Shown here in pieces: positions 17,784 through 24,720 of a stretch of 24,720 nt of DNA. This DNA is from an uncultured archaeon (GTDB lineage: Archaea > Asgardarchaeota > Lokiarchaeia > Sigyniarchaeales > Promethearchaeaceae), in contig CAYRPF010000001.1 of NCBI GenBank assembly GCA_964426185.1, forward strand, positions 1 through 24,720. Direction: 5' to 3'. Below the pieces are notes generated by a model. That model was not told the origin of the DNA, did not search any database, and saw only the letters and a program-made list of their open reading frames with translations. The translations under genes were made by a program, and so were the position numbers. Numbering within the stretch: the first letter of the stretch is position 1; each line of letters starts with the position of its first letter.

Positions 17784-18365
17784 ATGAATGAATTCAGTAT
17801 TCTAACCCATTTACTCAGTGACTCACACAAGTTGGATGACTCGTTTGATCAGCCACCCATTATTGGGAGTACTGAAGCTCAGATAATGAAAGCCCTGGGA
17901 ATGCGCGGTAAATTTGCTAAACTTCACTTAGTAGAGTTGTTAAATACTTACGCGGATTCTATTCGAGTTTTTGGATTATATATTCGGAAAAATCCTCTTA
18001 ACCATCATTGGTTTCTAACCAAATCATCTGCAATATCGGATCTTATCTCCAGTAATCCTTTTCAAAATAGACCCCGCCTTGGTGCGACTCTAATGGTAAT
18101 TATCTCTGCAATTTTTACCTCTAAAAAGCCTGTAGATAAAAAATATGTCTTAAAACTTCGAAAAAAAGTTTCAATTGATCATGATCTTCAAGAATTGGAA
18201 GATATGCATTTCATCATAGTTTCTAATTCCACGGTATCTTTACATCCTTATTTGGGCTATTGTTTAGATTTAGAACATCTTTTTACCGCTTTGGAAAATT
18301 CTGCCTTGAATTTCGATTCAAATCAATCTTTATCTTCATCTTCTCCTTCATCCCCTACATCTTAA
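17784..18365 (+). CDS. KITE-like tandem winged-helix protein (ScpB/Nse1/Nse3-like)
   Basis: WH-A: LVELLNTYADSIRVFGLYIRKNPLNHHWFL. WH-B: LGATLMVII...KPVDKKYVLKLRKKVSIDHDLQELEDMHFI, which parallels ScpB (ETLAII..QPITRAEIE.IRG.....L..L.E..LI). It is about 190 aa, third in an smc-kleisin run, with a Ser-rich tail. Confidence 0.65.
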   Translation: MNEFSILTHLLSDSHKLDDSFDQPPIIGSTEAQIMKALGMRGKFAKLHLVELLNTYADSIRVFGLYIRKNPLNHHWFLTKSSAISDLISSNPFQNRPRLGATLMVIISAIFTSKKPVDKKYVLKLRKKVSIDHDLQELEDMHFIIVSNSTVSLHPYLGYCLDLEHLFTALENSALNFDSNQSLSSSSPSSPTS

Positions 18366-18447
18366 CTTATCGAAGAAATTTCACATCTTATATGCATCAT
18401 ACTCAAATATCATGAGAGTAATGATTCATTTTAAAGAAATAATCTAA

Positions 18448-18786
18448 ATGTTGTACCTTGAGAAAATGGGATTGTTTACACGTAAAACAAAAGAAACTTC
18501 TGAACCACAAAATGGACCCGAGAGTTTTTATATCAAACGCATTACATTGAATGGTGCTCGAGATTTTGTACTTCTTCAACAAAATCTTTTAGAAGGGAAT
18601 CTAATGATTGTGAATTTTCGCCCACTGGCTCGAACAGCACATCAAAGCAATTCAGAAAGTTCAATGTTGCATGATCAACTCCAGAGAATTAAAAAATATT
18701 GTTTACGGACAGGTGGAAGTGTTACGAAGTTAAAAGAATCCCTTTTGTTAATTACACCCAATAATTTATTTCGAATTGAGCGTTAG
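18448..18786 (+). CDS. sepF: Cell division protein SepF, archaeal type; likely start ATG 18466 (MGLFTRK)
   Basis: YIKRITL..ARDF..LQQNLLEGNLMIVNFRPL...LQRIKKYCLRTGGSVTKLKESLLLITP matches the SepF core; MGLF resembles the N-terminal membrane-targeting helix. Confidence 0.8.
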   Translation: MLYLEKMGLFTRKTKETSEPQNGPESFYIKRITLNGARDFVLLQQNLLEGNLMIVNFRPLARTAHQSNSESSMLHDQLQRIKKYCLRTGGSVTKLKESLLLITPNNLFRIER

Positions 18787-19236
18787 ATTTTTTATATCAT
18801 CAAACAGAGAGTTAGACGGCTTTTTTCCCAAATTTTCCAGTAAATCTATCAAATCCGAAAGATCTTTTAGTTTATCTTGCCATGAGGTTTCATCTACGTT
18901 TCTAATAAAGCCTTTTGGAAATTTTAGAGTTATATAGCTGACACCTTTAGTTTTCTTTATCAGCTTTGGCTCGATTCGAAGAGAGCTATCTGAAAATATA
19001 GGGAATGAATCAGTGAATACTTTGCCTTTTATGTCAAAATAGCGGAAGTTAAAAGCAACTGCCTTTCCTACACCAATGGCAAAAGAATGTTGATCGTTTA
19101 AGATTTCTTCCTTAATTACTAAAATTTCATCCCCATTTTCGGGAAAATCCACTCGAGTTCCTTTAGATAAAGCAGTAGATTTCAATCTGTCAAGAATCGG
19201 ACGGTAATCCATAATTTGTATTGCCATGCAAACCAA
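18766..19236 (-). CDS. Hypothetical protein (start may be a slightly downstream ATG)
   Basis: 156-aa ORF with protein-like composition fills the gap between sepF and csp; no motif recognised. Confidence 0.65.
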   Translation of the reverse strand: MVCMAIQIMDYRPILDRLKSTALSKGTRVDFPENGDEILVIKEEILNDQHSFAIGVGKAVAFNFRYFDIKGKVFTDSFPIFSDSSLRIEPKLIKKTKGVSYITLKFPKGFIRNVDETSWQDKLKDLSDLIDLLENLGKKPSNSLFDDIKNLTLNSK

Positions 19237-19260
19237 ATATAATTTTGGATCTTCAATACA

Positions 19261-19275
19261 AAAAAGATTTAAAAA
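19261..19275 (+). promoter_or_regulatory. Putative archaeal BRE/TATA promoter for the cold-shock gene
   Basis: AAAAAG-A-TTTAAAAA, about 110 nt upstream of ATG 19386; SD GAGGT at 19374-19378. Confidence 0.45.
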
Positions 19276-19385
19276 TGCGCAAATCGAACTTTATCTATCG
19301 ATCCATAACATGAAAATAGATCGAATTTCAGATATACAAGTAGATTTCTTGTAACCACAAATTAATAGGATAAGAGGTAGATACA

Positions 19386-19661
19386 ATGGAAAGAGGTACT
19401 GTAAAATGGTTCGATCCACGTTTAGGATTTGGATTTATCAAAAGGGACAGTGTACCAGAAGGAGAACCAAATCATGAAATTTTTGTTCACTTTTCTCATA
19501 TAAATATGGAAGGTTTCAAAACGTTATTACCGGATTTAAGGGTAGAATTCGAAGTAGTTCCAGGAAAGAAAGAAGGAAGTGTGGAAGCAAGGAATGTAAC
19601 TATTATTCCTCCTGATTTTGTATTAGAGAGACAAAAAGAAGCCAAAGAAAAAAAAACTTAA
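19386..19661 (+). CDS. csp: Cold-shock domain protein (CspA family)
   Basis: GTVKWF, RNP1 LGFGFI, RNP2 IFVHFSHI, GFKTL, VEFEV and ARNV; charged C-terminal tail. Confidence 0.95.
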   Translation: MERGTVKWFDPRLGFGFIKRDSVPEGEPNHEIFVHFSHINMEGFKTLLPDLRVEFEVVPGKKEGSVEARNVTIIPPDFVLERQKEAKEKKT

Positions 19662-19666
19662 TTTTT

Positions 19667-20731
19667 TCAGATTTTGGAGTTATCCCATAATATTCGAAGG
19701 ATTTGAGTTAAAACCAGCGGTTCGTATCGAAGAAAATTATGCCCTCCTTTCTTAGTAAGCAACCAATGTGAAAATTCTAAGTTGAGTTCATTTAAATTTT
19801 CCCAAAAATGGCTTACGGGAATAATGGCATCATTTTCTGCATGAATTAAGTTGAATTTTTCTTTGATGACTGTGTTCAATTGGGTATTTTTTTCGCCTTT
19901 TTTTGATCGAATTTGCAAAACAGGAGATAAAACAAAATTTATTTCCGGAATTGGATTAATTGGTACTCCAAAAAATGTATACCGGAGTAATAACCACCAA
20001 TTTTTTAAAAATGGCACAGGAGAAAATGGGATGGACTTCTTGTAATTACTCATGGTTGAAATAGCAATTATCTTACCACACCACTGTTGTGTCGCAAATT
20101 GTAGTCCTTGTCTTATTACTGCAATTGCTCCTAATGAAATTCCGATTAAATGCACGTCTAGATGGGAAAACCTAGAATCATGTCTAATAAACATGATAAC
20201 CTCATTAAGATCATTAACAATTTGAACAAACTGAGATTTTCGTCCTGCTTTTTTTGATTTCTTTGTTCCACGATTGTCATAAGCAATTACATTAAAGCCA
20301 GCTTGGGCCAAAGGAATGGTGTAATGACGGATATATACTGAATCGTCTGAAAATCCATGTACAAAGATTACAATTGGGGCATCATTACTAATATCATGGC
20401 GTCGTATCCATTCTCCCCCTAAATGTTTTTGATTCCTTTTAGCGATAATGGTCTCGTCATTATCTGGAGTGAAATTTAAGGGAATCGTGAGTGGGGTAAT
20501 TTCAATTGAAGTCCGATCTACTTCTTGACCGTACCATCGAAATTGCCAGAAGTCGCGGATTTCAAAATACAAAGACCAACAGAACCACCAAAGCAGAAAA
20601 GTAAATACCGACAAGTATAAGCAACTTCCAAACGTATTCCCATGAAAGAGGAAATAATTTACATAAAAGATTCCGCTCGAAAGTATAAAACCTAAAATTA
20701 ACAATAGATAATGCTTTGGTCGAATGATCAT
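19667..20731 (-). CDS. Membrane-anchored alpha/beta hydrolase
   Basis: Two N-terminal TM helices, FVHGF oxyanion motif, YDNRG, nucleophile elbow GISLG, IHAENDAII (Asp) and GGHNF (His). Confidence 0.9.
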   Translation of the reverse strand: MIIRPKHYLLLILGFILSSGIFYVNYFLFHGNTFGSCLYLSVFTFLLWWFCWSLYFEIRDFWQFRWYGQEVDRTSIEITPLTIPLNFTPDNDETIIAKRNQKHLGGEWIRRHDISNDAPIVIFVHGFSDDSVYIRHYTIPLAQAGFNVIAYDNRGTKKSKKAGRKSQFVQIVNDLNEVIMFIRHDSRFSHLDVHLIGISLGAIAVIRQGLQFATQQWCGKIIAISTMSNYKKSIPFSPVPFLKNWWLLLRYTFFGVPINPIPEINFVLSPVLQIRSKKGEKNTQLNTVIKEKFNLIHAENDAIIPVSHFWENLNELNLEFSHWLLTKKGGHNFLRYEPLVLTQILRILWDNSKI

Positions 20732-20753
20732 GGATGGAAATCAATATTATTTA

Positions 20754-23700
20754 TTATCTAAAAATTTTGGCAATTAACTTCTTAAATTGGTTGAGCATTT
20801 CAGGAGAGTATTTAAGGTTTGAGAATCGATTAAACCATGCTTCACAGGCTAAATATTCAGTTTCATCGGAGTATATACTCCCTCGTATTGTATTGTCAAA
20901 TTGAATAATATAAGAAATAAGCGGAAGTGGAAGCTGAAGCAAGATACCCAGTAAAAAATCTCCCAAATCTAAGAAGGGCTTAATTTGAGAAGAATTAAAG
21001 CGTTTACGTTTTGGATCATAATGCCTAAATAATAATTCCATCAAATTCATGCGATAGATGTTTAATATAGGTGCGAATTGAGTTAAAATGTCTGAATAAC
21101 CTGTAGGAAGGGGAAATGCAGATAAGATATCGCTATTCATATGCCTTCCATCACTGAAGATACGAAACCAAGTGTAAAATAAGGATGAATTGATTAAAAG
21201 CAAAACAAAATCGCGTATATAAGGTTTTGAAGAATTTATTGGTAAAAATGCTATCTGTGTACCAAAATATGGCAGTTTGTCCCAAGCATTATACCAATAA
21301 TTTCCAGAAATACGAATCCAAAGGCCAGTTTTTGAGCAATTTAGATATTTTTCATTAATTTCTTCTAACTTACTTTGGTTTTCACAAATAATTGAAGGGG
21401 ACAACCAGTTCCTTAAAGTTAAACCATTGTTTTCTTTCCAAGATTTAAATTTTGAAAGAAGCGAGGTTAGTTCATGAGTTCCAATTTTAGGAATTCTGTG
21501 AGGGGTATTAAAAGTAGAGCCAATGGTTCTTCCCAATAAATAGGAATTAGCAGATTGGAATTTCAAATTTGTAAAAGAAGGAAATGTTCGATACATAATT
21601 GTTGTGTACCAATTAGCTTCATTCTCTTTTTGAAAAGGATTTTTTAAATATCCTAAAAGAATGGAAACAGATTGAGTCATATTTTCAAATAACCGGCAGC
21701 GATCTCGGTCAAAAGTAGCTAAGAAGATATCTGTAAGTGTTCTCGTTAAATTTTGGCGCAGCGGGGATAATTTTTTATTGAAACAGATTGTATAAGAAGT
21801 TAAATATCCCAAACTGCCCCTCTCTTTAAGGAGTTGTGTTGCCCGAGATATAAACACGCTCGATATCTCATTATTAACTCCAAAATTGTCAGAAATAAGG
21901 TTAATACAGTTTTTTTCTTCAATTGAAAGAAGATCTCCATAAGGAGGGTTTCCAATGATGAGATCAAAACCAGGATTAAATTGAATACTTTTATTAGGAT
22001 GAAAAAAAGATGAAGGGGGGATAAAAAATTCCGGAAATTCTAGAATCCAATGAAATAATCGTAAATTTGTTGAATAAATATTTTGTTTTGGAAAATATTG
22101 GGTTTCAAACAAAGCATCTAGCAAATCCTGCAAATATTGTCTAATTTTTGTCATATTCATCGAAATTTCAACAAGTTCACTTGTATCATCGAATTTTTCT
22201 TTAGATTGATAAAAATCGATAAACATTTTAAAAAATGGGAGTAGATAATCTAATAACCGACTTAAATCTTTTCCAGGAAATATTTGGAGTACTTCTTCAG
22301 AAAGAGGGAACTTCTTGATTTTGGTAAAAAACTTCTGCCTTTTTAGAATTTTTATAAGTGAAAATAAATTAGAATATGTTTCCATGATTTTTTGATGAAT
22401 TCCCATAGGAACATTATGAGTTTGCACCTTACTTAAGACTATATCTAGATTTTCCCAAGAATTCCAGCCAAATAGTGCGTTGCCGTGCCGAATGTTCATT
22501 GAAAATTTAAAAATTTGCATATTATCTATTTCTTTAGCGGAACCATCATTTAATGCTCGAAGATAAAACCGCCATCGGGCAATAAAGCAAGCATTTACAT
22601 TAATATCTACTCCATAAAGCATTATTGGATAACTAACGAAATATCTAAACAGAAATTTCACTTCATCAAAGTCATCACATGTAGCTAAATCTAACACCTC
22701 TTCATTAATAACGTGAATTTTCAAAATGTCATAGAATTTTCGTTCTCTACATATCTGCCATAGATTTGAAGCGAATTGCAATATCACTTCATCCATTGCC
22801 AAAAGGAATTCACCAGTTCCTACCGCTGGATCAAGAATTCTACATTGAATCAATTCATGGTGCATGGTTCGAATAACTTTTTTTGCAATTTCGGCGTCCT
22901 CTCGACGAAGATAAGCATTTACTATATCAATAATTTTTTCTGCTTTTGAGGGAGTCCACTGCTCGATTTCTTTAAAAATTGCTTGATTATGGGATGTATT
23001 GAGCAATTTGGTACATTTTTGAAAAGAGGCGCTAAATATTCGGGGAAAAAGTAAATTTCTTGCAATAAATAAGCAAATATATGCTGGTGTATAAAATGCA
23101 CCAGTATGATTTTTTGTTTCTGTATGTAAAAAGCGTTCAAATAAATCTCCTAAGTCATTTTCGGTAATATTACTATATTTTTTCTCAAAGTGAAGACATG
23201 CATTAAAGATTGGTATTTCGAATTCAACATCTTTCCATTTTTTGATTTTTTCACCTGAAATAGAGATTTCTGCGTTATAAAGGCATTTGGATGGAATATT
23301 TGACAGAGAAATTAAAGAGATCTGACGCAATTTGTTGTCATGAAAAAGAAATGGGTCTATTTTAGTAGAAATTTCTATTTTTTCAATTTTCTTCTTGTTA
23401 TCGGTTAAAATAGGCATGAAATTATTCTTTTTCGGAATACTGTTCTTGAAATTAATTTGCTCGGAAATAGATTGATTGAAAATGCTATTATAAGAAGAAA
23501 ATGTTCGGAAAAAGGACTGTTCAATAAAATGTGCTAAAATTATTGGGTAATCGTCATGGGGAGAAATTTTTCGGTAAAGTGTGGAAAAAAAATCGAAGTC
23601 ACCAGATATCATTCCTTTTCTTTGCAATATCCATAAAAAAATTAAGAATAAGATGGTGTTATTTAGCTTTTCATTCTCCAATAATTGAAAACCCTCAAAA

Positions 23701-23819
23701 TTTCCCGATTTTTCTTCTCTCATAGAATGTTTTTGAAGTTCTTGAAAAATGTATTGCTTAACCCGGGTAAAAAGGTGGAAAAAATAAAGATGACGAGTAT
23801 TTTCTTTATTCCTTTTCAA
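20754..23819 (-). CDS. N6-adenine DNA methyltransferase, Eco57I/type IIG-like (gamma class), with no evident nuclease domain
   Basis: GAFYTP, motif I ILDPAVGTGEFL, LYGVDIN, NIRHGNAL, FHWILEFPE, motif IV FDLIIGNPPY, and a TaqI_C-like segment LINSSLFYTWF...FPLP. Confidence 0.9.
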   Translation of the reverse strand: MKRNKENTRHLYFFHLFTRVKQYIFQELQKHSMREEKSGNFEGFQLLENEKLNNTILFLIFLWILQRKGMISGDFDFFSTLYRKISPHDDYPIILAHFIEQSFFRTFSSYNSIFNQSISEQINFKNSIPKKNNFMPILTDNKKKIEKIEISTKIDPFLFHDNKLRQISLISLSNIPSKCLYNAEISISGEKIKKWKDVEFEIPIFNACLHFEKKYSNITENDLGDLFERFLHTETKNHTGAFYTPAYICLFIARNLLFPRIFSASFQKCTKLLNTSHNQAIFKEIEQWTPSKAEKIIDIVNAYLRREDAEIAKKVIRTMHHELIQCRILDPAVGTGEFLLAMDEVILQFASNLWQICRERKFYDILKIHVINEEVLDLATCDDFDEVKFLFRYFVSYPIMLYGVDINVNACFIARWRFYLRALNDGSAKEIDNMQIFKFSMNIRHGNALFGWNSWENLDIVLSKVQTHNVPMGIHQKIMETYSNLFSLIKILKRQKFFTKIKKFPLSEEVLQIFPGKDLSRLLDYLLPFFKMFIDFYQSKEKFDDTSELVEISMNMTKIRQYLQDLLDALFETQYFPKQNIYSTNLRLFHWILEFPEFFIPPSSFFHPNKSIQFNPGFDLIIGNPPYGDLLSIEEKNCINLISDNFGVNNEISSVFISRATQLLKERGSLGYLTSYTICFNKKLSPLRQNLTRTLTDIFLATFDRDRCRLFENMTQSVSILLGYLKNPFQKENEANWYTTIMYRTFPSFTNLKFQSANSYLLGRTIGSTFNTPHRIPKIGTHELTSLLSKFKSWKENNGLTLRNWLSPSIICENQSKLEEINEKYLNCSKTGLWIRISGNYWYNAWDKLPYFGTQIAFLPINSSKPYIRDFVLLLINSSLFYTWFRIFSDGRHMNSDILSAFPLPTGYSDILTQFAPILNIYRMNLMELLFRHYDPKRKRFNSSQIKPFLDLGDFLLGILLQLPLPLISYIIQFDNTIRGSIYSDETEYLACEAWFNRFSNLKYSPEMLNQFKKLIAKIFR

Positions 23820-24657
23820 TTTCTTTCAATTCCACCTGTGGTTTGTCGCGTAGAATTGTGGGATGTGCCGCTTTTCGTTTCTCTTCTAAACTTAATTCAG
23901 ATTTCGTTTTAACTTCTGTATGTCGAAAAATTAATAGACCGGTCCATATGATTATTCCACATTCAGCTCCGGTAGCTAAGAAAATCCATAATTGATGGAG
24001 TAAAAGTTCCCAGCGGAGAATTTCATCCGGTGCATGAGCAAATAACCCAATCCCTTCTAAGATATAAATATATGCTCCAACAGCAATTGCAACTGTAAAA
24101 AATGATGCTGCAATTAAAAAAATACGTTTGGTAAGTAATGCTGATAAGAATTGAGAAAGGAAAAAGCCAATTGAAATAAATAGGATTATCCGAGAAACCT
24201 TAAACAGTTTATTGAAAGAATCTAAAGAAGTTCCATAAATCAACAGGGATTTTTGCCATCCAAACATTCGCATATTGTTAATTAGCAATGCAAGCATCAA
24301 TAAACACCCAATTGTTCCTAAAATCACAAAAATCAACATTGGAAGAGTCCGTTCTTCTTTATAGGTTCTCGGATCAATATTATCACCTAATAATAAATCG
24401 ATTTCTTTTTGGATTTTTAAGGGAATAACATCATCTAGGACAATAAACGAATATCCGAATTTCTGCACTACATCTTGGGCTAATTGTTGGCCTACAGCAT
24501 GATCTTTTATATCTGATTTTGGTCCTGCATAAAAGTAAACCTTCTTTTCGGTATTTTCAATCAATAGAGCTATATCGTGCAGAAAAAGATTTTCAGATTC
24601 GATCCAATCCATTTTTGATTTATCAAGAATATAACAGTAAATATTTGTTCCCTCCAC
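23806..24657 (-). CDS. N-terminal gelsolin-like domain fused to four TM helices
   Basis: LFLHDIALLIENTEKKVYFYAGPKSDIKDHAVGQQLAQDV follows the gelsolin-repeat pattern (L.S.D..ILD....IYVW.G..S...EK..A...A..I). Four hydrophobic helices span aa ~105-245, followed by a charged tail. GTG start. Confidence 0.55.
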   Translation of the reverse strand: MEGTNIYCYILDKSKMDWIESENLFLHDIALLIENTEKKVYFYAGPKSDIKDHAVGQQLAQDVVQKFGYSFIVLDDVIPLKIQKEIDLLLGDNIDPRTYKEERTLPMLIFVILGTIGCLLMLALLINNMRMFGWQKSLLIYGTSLDSFNKLFKVSRIILFISIGFFLSQFLSALLTKRIFLIAASFFTVAIAVGAYIYILEGIGLFAHAPDEILRWELLLHQLWIFLATGAECGIIIWTGLLIFRHTEVKTKSELSLEEKRKAAHPTILRDKPQVELKEIEKE

Positions 24658-24691
24658 AACTACGTGTTAATTGTATAACACTTGATTTTGC

Positions 24692-24708
24692 GAAAATATA
24701 ACTTTTTT
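24692..24708 (-). promoter_or_regulatory. Putative BRE/TATA for the minus-strand gene run
   Basis: Minus strand reads AAAAAAGTTATATTTTC, about 35-50 nt upstream of GTG 24657. Confidence 0.4.
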
Positions 24709-24720
24709 GAAAAATAAAAG

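Noticed and set aside
18326-18362. TCT/TCA-rich quasi-repeat
   Set aside because: It simply encodes the Ser/Pro-rich tail of the KITE-like protein.
12049-18365. Wadjet (JetABCD/MksBEFG) or Lamassu defence system
   Set aside because: No Toprim JetD or nuclease/effector gene is adjacent, the gene order (smc-kleisin-kite) differs from jetABC, and the SMC motifs look Smc5/6-like.
20754-23819. BREX PglX, DISARM or a complete type IIG restriction-modification enzyme
   Set aside because: No partner genes are in the window and no catalytic nuclease motif is visible.
1119-24701. Short alternative-frame ORFs in the track (e.g. 1119-1304, 1565-1867, 2810-3019, 3790-3981, 6041-6226, 8183-8479, 10110-10376, 11133-11375, 12503-12748, 19851-20045, 22922-23140, 23531-23912, 24519-24701)
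   Set aside because: They lie within or antisense to well-supported longer genes and show no motifs; they are treated as shadow ORFs.

Overview
AT-rich, gene-dense archaeal chromosomal segment. It most likely comes from an Asgard archaeon of the Lokiarchaeia (inferred from an archaeal proteasome beta subunit, archaeal-type SepF, a Loki-CTERM-like sorting tail, a gelsolin-like domain and GGTGA/GAGG Shine-Dalgarno motifs). Left to right: amidohydrolase; non-catalytic proteasome beta; tandem-SIS (PHI-like) protein; DUF4332 protein coupled to a large membrane + HEAT + TPR protein; surface-anchored GH57; MalQ; a four-gene cluster (degenerate AAA+ protein, Smc5/6-like SMC, kleisin-like, KITE-like); SepF; a hypothetical protein; a cold-shock protein; and a minus-strand run of a gelsolin-like/4-TM protein, a solitary N6-adenine methyltransferase and an alpha/beta hydrolase. 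The best candidate for an undescribed system is the 12049-18365 cluster, an apparently complete prokaryotic Smc5/6-type SMC-kleisin-KITE complex led by a catalytically dead AAA+ protein. The second is a membrane-anchored gelsolin-like protein. No rRNA, tRNA, CRISPR array or mobile element was seen. All family calls are by-eye motif recognition; no database searches were run.
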